Shown: positions 32,241 to 42,173 of the stretch, one piece after another
Position numbering within the stretch: the stretch's first letter is position 1
How the letters are laid out: each line of letters opens with the position of its first letter
Source of the DNA: a virus
Lineage: Duplodnaviria > Caudoviricetes
IMG/VR virus record: IMGVR_UViG_3300028145_000001
Span: 1-42,526 of that record
DNA: 42,526 nucleotides
Strand: one strand, 5' to 3'
Notes under the pieces: model-generated
The model's database searches: none
The model's input: the letters and a program-made list of their open reading frames with translations, nothing else
Told to the model about the DNA's origin: nothing
Made by a program: the position numbers and the translations under genes

Positions 32241-32618
32241 TCACTTCCCCCCTGTGGCGGTCTTAAGGTCAGCCGCAATCTGGTTGTAATTGGTGATGGC
32301 GGCACGCAACTTGGCCTCGGCTGTCACACCGGCAGCGGTATGAAGGTCCGGAGCGTTACAGGCACCGCCATTGTTGAAGTCCGGCCCGGAACAGTAGACG
32401 GTGATAGCGTCGATGAGGGCATCCTTGGCCCCGGTCGCCTTGGTTAGATCGTCACAGACTGTGGTGGTGGGAGTGGTCGCGCACTCGGGATGCTGTGCCT
32501 TCTCTTTATCGAGGAAGGCTTTCGCCGCTACGACAGTGTTATAGGCGGACCTTTCTAGTGGCGTGCAGCCGGCAGTCAGCAACACGACAATCAAAACAAC
32601 TGGAAAGAGTTTTTTCAT
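32241..32618 (-). CDS. Lipoprotein (spanin candidate)
   Basis: AAAGGA RBS; MKKLFPVVLIVVLLTAG|C lipobox; helical with two Cys pairs. Confidence 0.75.
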   Translation of the reverse strand: MKKLFPVVLIVVLLTAGCTPLERSAYNTVVAAKAFLDKEKAQHPECATTPTTTVCDDLTKATGAKDALIDAITVYCSGPDFNNGGACNAPDLHTAAGVTAEAKLRAAITNYNQIAADLKTATGGK

Positions 32619-32636
32619 AGTTTCCTTTCGGTATTT

Positions 32637-32717
32637 TCTCCAGCCCAAACAGCTATTGCCTATGGCTCTAAAGAGCCTCCCGATCTGCGGTAGCACTTCG
32701 CTCGATTGAGCTGGAAA
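32637..32717 (-). ncRNA. Candidate structured RNA upstream of the lipoprotein gene
   Basis: 12-bp stem TTTCCAGCTCAA/TTGGGCTGGAGA enclosing GGCTCT-TT-AGAGCC and AGC-GAAGT-GCT hairpins. Confidence 0.4.
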
Positions 32718-32724
32718 CTTTTTG

Positions 32725-32964
32725 TTAAAAGGGGAATATGCTGAACATCGCGTTGACGAACCATACGACGGTGATCACGATGAGGACGATCCGAAGGATC
32801 TGGAACATCCAGCCGGTTTCCGGTTTGCTGAACTTCGCCGCAACGATGTCGAAAATGCTCCAGATTCCCCACAACACTACGAGCATCAGGACTAGGCCCA
32901 GAACGATGCCCAAAAATCCGTGTATCCCATAGAATCCATATCTCACTTGTGCGAGCAGTGTCAT
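32725..32964 (-). CDS. Two-TM membrane protein (holin candidate)
   Basis: Two long hydrophobic helices, in the lysis region. Confidence 0.6.
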   Translation of the reverse strand: MTLLAQVRYGFYGIHGFLGIVLGLVLMLVVLWGIWSIFDIVAAKFSKPETGWMFQILRIVLIVITVVWFVNAMFSIFPF

Positions 32965-33563
32965 AACGCCTCTTTTCTAAGTTTCAATTTCTTGGACCAA
33001 CCACTGAGCCCAATCCAACCGAAGGCCCCTATCACCATTACTGGAAGCAGCGAGTCATTAAGTTCCCGCCACTTTCCGTATGGCTGCAACGTATAGCCGA
33101 AGTCGAAGATTCCTAGGAGCATCCAAAGAACTGCGAGCGTGCCGTAGAGATTGCGGTGATAAGTGAAAGGAGCCGTTAGTGCCAGCCCGAGTCCGGCCGC
33201 AGTCACGATCACGCCGTCAAGCAGGCAAATCCACTGATCAGCGCTAGGCGGCCCGGCAATTCCCCTTATACCCATCCACAATAGGATTCCGGCAAACGGA
33301 ACGACTGTCAGCGATGCCCAGCTTGAAGTGCGCGCCGCGACGATGCAGGCGAGCAAGCGCACGGGTGCTAAGCAGAGGCAATAGAGCACCCGATACCAGT
33401 TGTCACTCCAACTGAATTCCGGCACATGCCGCACGCTTTCAAGAATGGCCGTCGCAACTAACTCTGCAATGAAGTACAGCCTAAGCGTTCGGGTCGGAAG
33501 TGGACTGAGAGCCGCCAGCGTCATCGTTAGCAGGAGCAGGCAGGAAACTACCCACGTAATCAT
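32961..33563 (-). CDS. Polytopic (~6-7 TM) membrane protein
   Basis: Alternating hydrophobic segments; likely start MITWVVS. Confidence 0.7.
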   Translation of the reverse strand: MITWVVSCLLLLTMTLAALSPLPTRTLRLYFIAELVATAILESVRHVPEFSWSDNWYRVLYCLCLAPVRLLACIVAARTSSWASLTVVPFAGILLWMGIRGIAGPPSADQWICLLDGVIVTAAGLGLALTAPFTYHRNLYGTLAVLWMLLGIFDFGYTLQPYGKWRELNDSLLPVMVIGAFGWIGLSGWSKKLKLRKEAL

Positions 33564-33678
33564 GTCCGGGTACAAGGTAAGCAATGTCCTCCGCTTCGGC
33601 TTGGATAGTCGCTCTTACGCCTTTGGATGAGAAAACTGTGAATCTGAATGTCTTTCCTGGCTTTCCGCTGCCTGACAT
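33481..33678 (-). CDS. Small hypothetical protein overlapping the membrane-protein gene
   Basis: AGGAGG RBS; ATG directly after the upstream TAA. Confidence 0.5.
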   Translation of the reverse strand: MSGSGKPGKTFRFTVFSSKGVRATIQAEAEDIAYLVPGHDYVGSFLPAPANDDAGGSQSTSDPNA

Positions 33679-33918
33679 TTAGTACCTCCTGAATTGAATT
33701 CCGTTCTTTGCTTCCAAATAGGTGGCGATATTCTCAGTCATCAGCCGGTGCTCAATGGCGTCTTCCTTGAGTTTGCTAATGGCTTCGCTTTGCCTAGCAA
33801 TCTCCTCTAGCTTCTCGTCTTCACGCCCGCGCTGGCGAGCAGCAAGGAACATGTAGGCGATGAATTGGGCTATTAGGCTCCCAACCCACAGAACGATGGC
33901 TAGGTATGTTGAGTTCAT
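33679..33918 (-). CDS. Single-TM + coiled-coil protein (holin/antiholin candidate)
   Basis: N-terminal TM and charged helix. Confidence 0.6.
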   Translation of the reverse strand: MNSTYLAIVLWVGSLIAQFIAYMFLAARQRGREDEKLEEIARQSEAISKLKEDAIEHRLMTENIATYLEAKNGIQFRRY

Positions 33919-33941
33919 GGGGCGTCAAGAGCTTTCTCCTT

Positions 33942-34325
33942 TTACTGCCTTTCTTCTCGCGAATCCACAACATGCTGCTTGGCTTCGTGTTCGGCTAATT
34001 TGGCTTTTGCTTTTTGCACTTCCTCTATATCACTTGGATCTTGACTAAGGGCTGCGATCCGTTGGGCCTTCTCAAGAATCAGCGCCAGGGCTATTCCATA
34101 CTGACTGTTCACTAGGGTATGCGTCTTTTCTGCTAGGACTAAGATCGTTTCTGACTTGTGGTCGGCGCGATTCGCCACATCAACCGCCACATCCGCCACT
34201 TTCTGCACTTTCTGAGCTGCCAGTTTGGCGATAACGAGCTGCGTAATGGTCAGCAGCGCAACCATTAGCGGAGTGAGAAATGCCAGCCACTGCGCTGTTG
34301 CGCTTTGAATCACTGGGGTTTGCAA
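33942..34325 (-). CDS. Single-TM + coiled-coil protein
   Basis: GGAGG RBS with TTG start; HTLVNS motif common in lysis-region proteins. Confidence 0.6.
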   Translation of the reverse strand: MQTPVIQSATAQWLAFLTPLMVALLTITQLVIAKLAAQKVQKVADVAVDVANRADHKSETILVLAEKTHTLVNSQYGIALALILEKAQRIAALSQDPSDIEEVQKAKAKLAEHEAKQHVVDSREERQ

Positions 34326-34343
34326 AGGGCCTCCTGGGTATGT

Positions 34344-34634
34344 TCATGGTTTTGCTTCCTCTGGGGACAACGGTACTACCAGTTTTTGCTCGCCTGTCTT
34401 GGCGTTCTGTAGATTCACTGCCGCCGCGAAGTTCGGGCTAGCCTCTACCTTGCTCGCATACGCACGGGACAGGTTCCCAGCCAGCGTATTTGCGAACTTG
34501 AAAACGAACTGGTAGAAAAGGCTTGAGGATGCCTGCGGGGATGGCAGCGATCCGACAAAAGAGATGGCGATGTAATAGCCTACTAGGACATCGCTTGTCT
34601 GATGGGCCCGTAGAAACGCTATGATTGAGTTCAA
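34344..34634 (-). CDS. Holin-like membrane protein
   Basis: Coupled to the endolysin; two amphipathic/hydrophobic helices around LPSP. Confidence 0.55.
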   Translation of the reverse strand: MNSIIAFLRAHQTSDVLVGYYIAISFVGSLPSPQASSSLFYQFVFKFANTLAGNLSRAYASKVEASPNFAAAVNLQNAKTGEQKLVVPLSPEEAKP

Positions 34635-34987
34635 GTTGCCTCCGGTGGATAAATCGTACCCTTCGCTACTTGGCAGTGAATGTGTTCGTTGTCCATCCCT
34701 GGGTCTTCGAGAAAAGCATAGAAGCGCGGTCCCAAGTGGAGGAGCAGGGTTTGCAACGCATGCTCCGGGTTTAGTAGATCGTGTGTTCGTATGTCATAAG
34801 CCTCGCCACGGTGGTGCGGGTCTTCCGGCCCTGAATGCTCTCCATCGCAAGCAGATGTAATCGTCAGATCGTGCTTTATCTCTTTCGCTGTCAGGGCTAT
34901 GGCGCTTAGAAGGTCAAAACCGCCTGGAGCTATGACCGTGAAAATAACGCCAGGCTTAGTGCGAACTACGTAAATCGTGGAAGCCAT
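34631..34987 (-). CDS. Endolysin, peptidase M15 (Hedgehog/DD-peptidase fold)
   Basis: ITS..DGEH....PHHRGEAYDIR...EHIH zinc-ligand pattern. Confidence 0.8.
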   Translation of the reverse strand: MASTIYVVRTKPGVIFTVIAPGGFDLLSAIALTAKEIKHDLTITSACDGEHSGPEDPHHRGEAYDIRTHDLLNPEHALQTLLLHLGPRFYAFLEDPGMDNEHIHCQVAKGTIYPPEAT

Positions 34988-37368
34988 CAGTTATTTTGTA
35001 ACTGCACCCAATTTGTGCCGGACGCCGCCAAGGAAACCAGCTTTGACTGCAAGACTAGAGTGGCCTTATTGGCTACTGTGATGTTCGCAGCGCCGTCGAT
35101 AGTCTCCGAACCGAAGGGAATCACGGTACAGGTATTGGCGCCACTGGTGGTGACGTTTTTGACGGTGATAGTCTGCCCGGTCATCCCGACAGATGTCGGC
35201 AACTGGATATTTACACTGTTCGTTGTTGTGTTGCAGTTAATATATACATCGGAATCAAAAGCATAGTAAGTGGTCGTTCCAGCCGCACCTTTGAACGCTG
35301 CGATTCCGGTACCGACAGTGGCTGACGCGCTGACAGTGATGCTATTCGTATATCCCGATGCGGCAGCAACAGCGCTTTGGTCACCTATTGTGCTGACCGA
35401 GGAAGCTGTTTGTGCCCTTATGACCATGCTGGGAACATAGCCGGGATTGAAAGTTATAAAAGGACCACCAAAGACGAAGGCATATCCAATCAGTAGATCA
35501 TTCGCCTGAGTTGTAGTGATTGCTGCGCTGGTGAGAGAAGTACCAGTTCCAGTTGCTATGGGAGAGTTAGCATCAAGAGGAGTTACCGTGGCCACGTCCT
35601 TGTACTCGTTGCAGGCCACATAAACAAGAGTAGTGGAGGCGCTGAAGGTCAGGATAACGGTCTCTGCTCCACCGACGATATTGGGAGTGAACCATGCCTG
35701 CACTTTTTGGCTTGCAACTGTAGAAGCGGCAGTTACCGCAGTCCATGTATTCGTCTGCGAATCCGTGACCGTCGATAGGTTCTGCCCTGATGACCACGAC
35801 ATAGCGCAGAAAAGCAAACTTCCTGCCGTAGTGTTGGTAGTGAATACCTCGTTGACTGGAGAACCGGACCCGGCACTGAATATTTGCACATTTATGCCGC
35901 GCCCATTCTTGATATTGTTACCTACGGCCGTATTAGCGCTCGTAGTATCCTTACGGCCAAACAAACGATTAATGCCACGAGCGGCAATCTGCGCCATTCT
36001 TTGCTGTCCTAGCGCTGTAGGGTGCAGCCCATCACTGAACCAAGTAGCGTTAGCTGAAGCGCCATCGGCGCCTAAAACCGGGTCGGACGCAAGATCAATC
36101 AATCCATCAGCAAAGGTTTGCCAGTTCTGTCTGATAAGAGGATTAAAACCGTTTTTCGTGGTGTCGGCACCAGTACGGCTCATGACCGTCATCGGAAGGC
36201 ACTTTCCTCCAAGCAACCGTACCTGGGTGCATTGTCCCTTCATGTAGGCAAGGCTGACAGCGAAGGACGCATCGGTGTTGATACCGAGAGATGGGATGAA
36301 AATGTTCTTCAGAGTGTTCTGCCGGATAAGAGGTAATATTCCGTTAGCCATCAGGGGATTCATCGAAGTAAAAGTCTGACCGGACAACGCTTCAGCGCTT
36401 GACTGGTAAGATTGCTCAAGTATATTTACAGCGCCGATGGAGAAATCCACTGGCCAGGGAGGTTGACCGTTGCCTCCAAGGATTGAATCACCAAGAGAGA
36501 ATAGCTGATCGTTGTTGGCTTCCGTTCCGCCAAGGAAGGGCGGGAATCCTTGCCCCTGCCCGTACTGCGCCAGCGCCGCGGCGTCTTGTGCCGCCTCTGC
36601 CGCTGTCAGTACCCGGTTGAAGAACCGCAGCCGCACGATGGTCCCGGTGAAATAGGTTTGTGCAGCAAGTCCGCTTCCGGCCGCAGTCCCGCAGACCTGA
36701 TACACACCCGTCGTCTGCAAACCCGCCGAAGCACCCTGCACAAAGTAAAAAACAGGCTCGACGCCGTTCATGTAGATGTGATCTGATGCCGCCATCGTGG
36801 CGATCAAGGCAGCATTCCCGTTCATTATGTCGATGCCTCCAGTCTTTCTGAGACTGTTACCATAGACGCTGACCGCCCCTCCGCCTTGGACAAGATTCGA
36901 TCCGGGGCTTCCAAAGAACAGGGCGAGCCCGTTGGCGTTACTCGCTGCTCCGTTACCGTTTCCAAATACAATGCCATTGACGGCTTGGGTATTTGAATTT
37001 GACTGGTAGGAGACGTAGGCTTCGATGGTTAGAGCAGAGTTGAGGGCTGCCGGCAGTAGAACGCCACCATTTCCTGTGCAGACCAAGCCAGCCGTGCTGG
37101 CTGAAATTGTTGGAGCCGTGCCTACTGTGCCCGTGGCGTTATTGCCGGAACCGGACGAATCGGGCAATGAAGCTACCGTATCCCCTGGGCTCATCTTGTA
37201 GTCGGCCAACAGGCCATTGGTGACCCAAATCACTGGCACTGAGGACTGCGTAACGGAGCTGCCACTGCTGCCACCAATCGCCGGGCTTGAATAAGCTCCG
37301 CTCTGCCCAAATGCCGAGCCAGCCCCAAACAGAATGAACAGCAGAAAAGTGAGAGTCTTTTTCATCAT
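34987..37368 (-). CDS. Signal-peptide protein: LamG-like + SGNH esterase + beta-sandwich + fibre domain
   Basis: Signal ...GAGSAFG|Q; YFTG.IVRLRFFNRVLTAAE (LamG); GDS, GIN and DGLHP (SGNH blocks); C-terminal LP....GQTITVKN...ETIDG fibre module. Confidence 0.85.
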   Translation of the reverse strand: MMKKTLTFLLFILFGAGSAFGQSGAYSSPAIGGSSGSSVTQSSVPVIWVTNGLLADYKMSPGDTVASLPDSSGSGNNATGTVGTAPTISASTAGLVCTGNGGVLLPAALNSALTIEAYVSYQSNSNTQAVNGIVFGNGNGAASNANGLALFFGSPGSNLVQGGGAVSVYGNSLRKTGGIDIMNGNAALIATMAASDHIYMNGVEPVFYFVQGASAGLQTTGVYQVCGTAAGSGLAAQTYFTGTIVRLRFFNRVLTAAEAAQDAAALAQYGQGQGFPPFLGGTEANNDQLFSLGDSILGGNGQPPWPVDFSIGAVNILEQSYQSSAEALSGQTFTSMNPLMANGILPLIRQNTLKNIFIPSLGINTDASFAVSLAYMKGQCTQVRLLGGKCLPMTVMSRTGADTTKNGFNPLIRQNWQTFADGLIDLASDPVLGADGASANATWFSDGLHPTALGQQRMAQIAARGINRLFGRKDTTSANTAVGNNIKNGRGINVQIFSAGSGSPVNEVFTTNTTAGSLLFCAMSWSSGQNLSTVTDSQTNTWTAVTAASTVASQKVQAWFTPNIVGGAETVILTFSASTTLVYVACNEYKDVATVTPLDANSPIATGTGTSLTSAAITTTQANDLLIGYAFVFGGPFITFNPGYVPSMVIRAQTASSVSTIGDQSAVAAASGYTNSITVSASATVGTGIAAFKGAAGTTTYYAFDSDVYINCNTTTNSVNIQLPTSVGMTGQTITVKNVTTSGANTCTVIPFGSETIDGAANITVANKATLVLQSKLVSLAASGTNWVQLQNN

Positions 37369-37805
37369 CCACCCGTAATTGTTGCGGTGATCGTGACGCT
37401 ATTCGTTCTCGACCGCATCAAAAGGCGCGCATATTTAGCGTTCACCAGAACCGCATCCAAGTGGAAGGTTTGGTTCGTGGCATCAACGGTCGTCACGTTG
37501 CAATTTGAACAAGTCTGGTAGTTCGTGTCTGAGTCGGTAGCAGCCACCTGCACATCGACCTCAAACGCGCCAGGTGCGCCGCTGAATTTCCCGTCTACGC
37601 TGAAAGGGCTACCTGAGCGGCCTATTGCAGCGACTAGTGCGACTTGCTGCGAGGCAGAGTTATTGCCGGCGCCAGGCGTCGGTGTCTCGGCAGACCAAAC
37701 TGCGATGACTTGCCCAGGCGCGCAATTGATCGGATTTGAAGCGTTGTAGACCGGCTGCGCGAAGGTGGCCGCAGTGATGAGAAACCATGCAAGTAAGCGT
37801 TTCAT
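37365..37805 (-). CDS. Signal-peptide jelly-roll-like protein (adaptor candidate)
   Basis: MKRLLAWFLITAATFA|Q; all-beta, with FEVDVQ.A.TD....Y...AKYARL. Confidence 0.75.
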   Translation of the reverse strand: MKRLLAWFLITAATFAQPVYNASNPINCAPGQVIAVWSAETPTPGAGNNSASQQVALVAAIGRSGSPFSVDGKFSGAPGAFEVDVQVAATDSDTNYQTCSNCNVTTVDATNQTFHLDAVLVNAKYARLLMRSRTNSVTITATITGG

Positions 37806-37933
37806 TTTGATTTTCCTTTAGTCTTTCGCCGCACAAATTGCCGGGAAATCATTTCTTGTTCTTCAAATAATCTTTGGATGGCGTGCATCATCTTTGTTTC
37901 TAGGATTGTCAAACGGACAGATTTTCTATTCAT
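37802..37933 (-). CDS. 43-aa basic protein
   Basis: MNRKSVRLTILETKMMHAIQRLFEEQEMISRQFVRRKTKGKSK, with ATGA overlaps at both ends. Confidence 0.5.
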   Translation of the reverse strand: MNRKSVRLTILETKMMHAIQRLFEEQEMISRQFVRRKTKGKSK

Positions 37934-40473
37934 AGGCTTCTAGCTATATGTTTCCCGACTCCCTGACCTATCAATGTCACCGCAGGTACTGCCGCCGTGC
38001 CAGTGTATGTGAAAGTCAATGTAGAAGATTTGCCGCCTCCCGTGGTCGGGTGAAAGTGGACGGTTGCCGTGCAGTTCAGGCCGCTGGCCAAAGTTCCAGA
38101 GCAAGTAGTGTTATCCAGCACGAACTGCGTAGAATCTCCGCCCGTGATCGCCACACTGGAAAAGGTCATGATCTGGCCGCTGTTGTTGGTCAGAGTCACT
38201 ACCTGCGTACTGCTCGACTTGCCCGTGTGGATGTTCCCAAAGGAAAGCGATGTAGGTGAAACCAGGACATTCCCGAGTGTCGCTGTGCCGGTAAGTGTCA
38301 AGGTGTCAGGACTGAGCGGGTCACTACTGGTTACTACAATCGAGGCGCTCTCTGGAGCTGTCGTGCTTGGAGTCTCAGTCACAGTGATGACGCAACTGGC
38401 ATTGATAGCCAGAGTTCCGCCACAAGTATTGGTTTGCGCGAAGTCTGCCCCGTTTGGCCCGCTGGGATTCGCCACAACGATGCTCGAAAGGGTGGCTGTT
38501 CCGGTATTCGTTAAAGTCGAGGTCTGGGCGACACTCACGAGGCCAACAATACCTTTCGAGAAGTCTAGGTTAACCGGGAATAGATTAGCGTTTGGCTGCG
38601 TGTTCACGGTTGCTGAAACTTCCGTAGAATTGGCGCTCGTTCCGGCTGCATTGTGCGCCGCGACCACATAGAAATAGGTACCATTGGCCAGCGCAGTATC
38701 GCTGTAGTTGGTCACTGTCGGGCTGGCAATCGTGGTATATGGCCCGCCTGTGACTGTCGAACGACCAACCACGTAATTTGTCGGCGTGCCAGTTGAAGTG
38801 CCCCAAGCGAGGTTTACTGCGGCGCCGATGGCCGTGGCTGTTAGTCCCGTAGGAACTGAGGGAATGGAAATGGAAGTCTGCCCACTGCCTGTGAATGGAA
38901 CAGATGCATTGACTGTGCCAGTCATGGTCAGAGTTGTGGAACGAGCGCCTTGCGATGCCGGCGTGAACGTGTAAATCAGCGTGCAATTGGCTCCGACTGT
39001 CAAGGTCGCGGCTGGTACGACGCAAGTACCGCCTGTTTTTGTCCAGTCAGACGCATTTCCGCCAGACACACTAAGACCTGTGTAGACTTCGGACGCAGAG
39101 CCGATGTTCGATACCGTAATGGTCACTGGGGAGCTGGTCGAGCCCACATTGACCGTCCCAAAGGCTGCCGGGTTAGGCGAAAAACTGATAACCGGAGCCG
39201 TGGGCGAACCGCCAACCAAAGGATGCGGGTAGGCGAAGGCTGTGTAGCCCGGTTTCGCTGTGCCGCCGAGGGCGCTAACGCTACCGCCTCCACTCGGTAG
39301 TACGATTGGCAGAGTCAATGCTGTGTTCTGGGCGTCTCTTCCCCACTGAAAGAAAGTGTTCCAGTTGAAAGCACAAGGATTGCCCCAAGCGAAACCTGAT
39401 CCCGCTTGCAGAGCCGCTCCTCCATTGGCGGTATTGTTCCAAATCCAGATAGGATCTGTGAAGGTTGTCGAGCCGTTATGGTTCTGCCCAAGTTGGTGCG
39501 GAACTGGATAACTTACGCTCCCACAAGCGCCTTGCGGGCGGGCATCCTCGCAACCGCGGTTGTTCATTCTGATTTCGCCCTTGGTACCCCAGCAACTGCT
39601 GGTCAGGTGATCGAAAGTGTTGTTGTAGATAACGCCGCTGGCGCCGCGGAGCCAGATGTAGGAGCCAATATTAGAAAGGCTACTGTTGCCTGCCGCGCAA
39701 GTCTTGTCCGGGTAGAGAAAAGAATTGTTATAAATCTCAAATTCGCGCATCCCATAAGGCGAAGTGTCCCAGCCGTGGCTATTGAATCCACCAGACTCGG
39801 TAAAAGTGTTGTGACGAACGACGATACGGCAATTATCGTCGCAGTCGAAAACTCCATTTGCTCCACCAAAGAAAGTGCTGTCCTCGACGTAGACATTCAG
39901 CAGGCCGCTGGTATCGTTGGTTCCCATGCTGTCGGCCGTGGTCCACGAGGTTGTGTGCGATAAGTCTTTCACGGTCATAAAGAAGTCGCCGTAGTGGTTG
40001 CTGGTGAATGAAATATGGGAAAAGATGACTCCACCAGCCACAAAATTGTCAATTGGCGTGTCGTTATTCACTTGGAAATCGACGTTCTGAAAGATTACTG
40101 GCTGCCCGGTCGGCCAGGGCCCGTTAATGGTGATAGGGTGAGGCAGAGTATTGGCTCCGGTCGCAGCGAGGATAGTCAGATTCTTTATGCGAACGATGTT
40201 TGCAGCCTGTTTGGTAATGTTGAACGTAGGGTGCGCCGTCACAGTGATATTGGTGACGCCAATACCCGCCCCGCTGACGATGATGCCCTTGTTCAGCGTC
40301 ACGCCATTCAGTCCCCACGCGCAATTCCCTGCCGGAATGTTCACTGTTTGCCCTGTTGTAGCGGTGTTGATGGCGTTCTGCACATCAGTCTGCGAGCAAG
40401 AGAGCGAGTTCACCTGGGCATGAGCCGAAGCGCAGAGCAGGAGAAAAACTGGCAGGGTTAGAATTTTCCTCAT
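37930..40473 (-). CDS. Signal-peptide protein: right-handed beta-helix + ASH (choice-of-anchor D) Ig x3 + FN3
   Basis: Signal ...CASAHA|Q; DVQNAIN.A..G.TV.IPAG beta-helix cap; three 'F....VG..S....TLTN.G...F....TC...LA....C...V.F.P' repeats; PTGLTA...V.LAW...Y.D..L.NGTYFYVVAA.N (FN3). Confidence 0.85.
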   Translation of the reverse strand: MRKILTLPVFLLLCASAHAQVNSLSCSQTDVQNAINTATTGQTVNIPAGNCAWGLNGVTLNKGIIVSGAGIGVTNITVTAHPTFNITKQAANIVRIKNLTILAATGANTLPHPITINGPWPTGQPVIFQNVDFQVNNDTPIDNFVAGGVIFSHISFTSNHYGDFFMTVKDLSHTTSWTTADSMGTNDTSGLLNVYVEDSTFFGGANGVFDCDDNCRIVVRHNTFTESGGFNSHGWDTSPYGMREFEIYNNSFLYPDKTCAAGNSSLSNIGSYIWLRGASGVIYNNTFDHLTSSCWGTKGEIRMNNRGCEDARPQGACGSVSYPVPHQLGQNHNGSTTFTDPIWIWNNTANGGAALQAGSGFAWGNPCAFNWNTFFQWGRDAQNTALTLPIVLPSGGGSVSALGGTAKPGYTAFAYPHPLVGGSPTAPVISFSPNPAAFGTVNVGSTSSPVTITVSNIGSASEVYTGLSVSGGNASDWTKTGGTCVVPAATLTVGANCTLIYTFTPASQGARSTTLTMTGTVNASVPFTGSGQTSISIPSVPTGLTATAIGAAVNLAWGTSTGTPTNYVVGRSTVTGGPYTTIASPTVTNYSDTALANGTYFYVVAAHNAAGTSANSTEVSATVNTQPNANLFPVNLDFSKGIVGLVSVAQTSTLTNTGTATLSSIVVANPSGPNGADFAQTNTCGGTLAINASCVITVTETPSTTAPESASIVVTSSDPLSPDTLTLTGTATLGNVLVSPTSLSFGNIHTGKSSSTQVVTLTNNSGQIMTFSSVAITGGDSTQFVLDNTTCSGTLASGLNCTATVHFHPTTGGGKSSTLTFTYTGTAAVPAVTLIGQGVGKHIARSL

Positions 40474-42173
40474 ATCGTTTCAATCCTCAATTCGTTTCGC
40501 TTGATGGCCCTGACGAACGTACCGTGTTTTCTAGGAACACTACTTGGAGGCGCTACCGTGCCATTGGCCGGCCGCAAAGCGACAAGTCCAAATGCCCATA
40601 CTCCCGACGTATTGTTAGCTTCAGAGCAAGACATGGTGTAACCAGTGGCAGTGGTAACGATTCGGTATCCGGTTGCAGAAGGAACCACATTCCCTATTTG
40701 CGTGAAAGATGCGTTGACGGTCATCAATCCGGTGTTGGTGAATCCAAAACAAACTCCGAAAATTAGTTCGTTGGGAACCAGAGTTGTAAGGCTATTCGAT
40801 GTCAGCGTTGCGGGTGTCGCCGTAGTTCCACGAGTGAATCCGGTATTATCGCTAGAAACAAAGTTGGCATTAGAAAACTCAGCTATAGAGACAACGAAAT
40901 TTGTACCACCGCCTCCAACACAGGAAACCGTGTTTGCCCCGGACGATGGGGCGGTGCCGGCCATTACCATGATTCCGGCTATATTCGTGGCGTCACTTGT
41001 ACTTTTTATTGAATTGGTGATCGCAGTTAGTAGCTTATATGGAGTTCCAATTGAATCCGTGCAATATCCGATCCTTGCGAATGAAGCGGAATAGCCCATA
41101 TTCACAACCAACAAATTCCCAGATGTTACATTGGAGACGTAAGCTAGATTGGGCGCGCCCGATTGCCCACCCGCCACGCTAGTTCCCTGCACGAAGGTAA
41201 TCGCATTGAGCCCAGTCGTGATCTTGAATGTTATGGACTTGGTTGCGGTATGCACGGCGCCCGCATCCTGCACTTGAATCGTTGCGCTGTAATTGTTACT
41301 TACGCTAGGCGTTCCGGTGATTGCTCCTGTGCTGGAGTTGATTGATAGACCTGTGGGTAGAGCACCAGAACTGACAGACCAGGAATATGCGCCAGCGCCG
41401 CCGGTCGCGAGAACCGTGTAGCTATAAGCGTGCGTGGTATCTCCATCCGGAGCAGCCGAAGGACTTTGAATGGTCAAGGCATTTGATTTGAATGCGATGT
41501 TGAAAAGAGTGCCGGAAGTACCCCCATTATCGACGGTGATTGTATTTCCCGCTCCCGCTGCGCCTGCGATACGTAGGAATCCCGCCCCGGAGTCAGTCCC
41601 TCCCATTGAGCCAACTTGCCACCATGTCCCCATGTCGGCATCCTGGAGCCCTTGCCACCCGGCGTTGTTATCGTTTCCCATTCCGGCATATATGCAGTCA
41701 CTGTTAAGGGTAGTTGTGATGCCGGGCGTGGTCACAGTGGATGGAGTACCGAAAAACGTGCTGGTCGCTGACGCATCCACGGTCGTAACGTCACAAGCGG
41801 AAGTGCCGATAAGTTCCACCGCATTCACGTTCATGAATGAAGCTCCAGTGACTGCCACATTTATAGTGTTCGCTCCAGTGGAACCGGCTATGCCAGTCAG
41901 AACCGCAACCCTTTCTGTATGCGATGTATCGGACAAGACGCGGGTATAGCTAGTGGTCAGAGTATCCGTAGCGCTCGCGGTGTTAGTTGTACCGAAATAA
42001 CTGATTCCTATAATTATCGCATCGCCGCTGTTTGTGGTGCTCAAAATGCAATTTATTGAAGCAGCGTTTGTAGATGTGCTGCATGATTGCCGAATAGGAA
42101 TAGTTGGGAATTGCGCCCAAGCACACGGAGCACAGAGCAGCAGAACGAACAACCATTCGACTAGTTTTTTCAT
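40470..42173 (-). CDS. Signal-peptide protein: two beta-sandwich domains flanking a putative Ig (He_PIG) domain
   Basis: Signal ...CAPCAWA|Q; YSYTVLATGG.GAYSWSVSSGALPTGLSINSSTGAITGTP. Confidence 0.85.
   Translation of the reverse strand: MKKLVEWLFVLLLCAPCAWAQFPTIPIRQSCSTSTNAASINCILSTTNSGDAIIIGISYFGTTNTASATDTLTTSYTRVLSDTSHTERVAVLTGIAGSTGANTINVAVTGASFMNVNAVELIGTSACDVTTVDASATSTFFGTPSTVTTPGITTTLNSDCIYAGMGNDNNAGWQGLQDADMGTWWQVGSMGGTDSGAGFLRIAGAAGAGNTITVDNGGTSGTLFNIAFKSNALTIQSPSAAPDGDTTHAYSYTVLATGGAGAYSWSVSSGALPTGLSINSSTGAITGTPSVSNNYSATIQVQDAGAVHTATKSITFKITTGLNAITFVQGTSVAGGQSGAPNLAYVSNVTSGNLLVVNMGYSASFARIGYCTDSIGTPYKLLTAITNSIKSTSDATNIAGIMVMAGTAPSSGANTVSCVGGGGTNFVVSIAEFSNANFVSSDNTGFTRGTTATPATLTSNSLTTLVPNELIFGVCFGFTNTGLMTVNASFTQIGNVVPSATGYRIVTTATGYTMSCSEANNTSGVWAFGLVALRPANGTVAPPSSVPRKHGTFVRAIKRNELRIETI

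Noticed and set aside
34987-42173. Host chromosomal DNA flanking a prophage, or a chimeric assembly
   Set aside because: The genes are start/stop-coupled continuously from the tailspike to the endolysin, share modules with phage proteins, and lie inside a closed circle.
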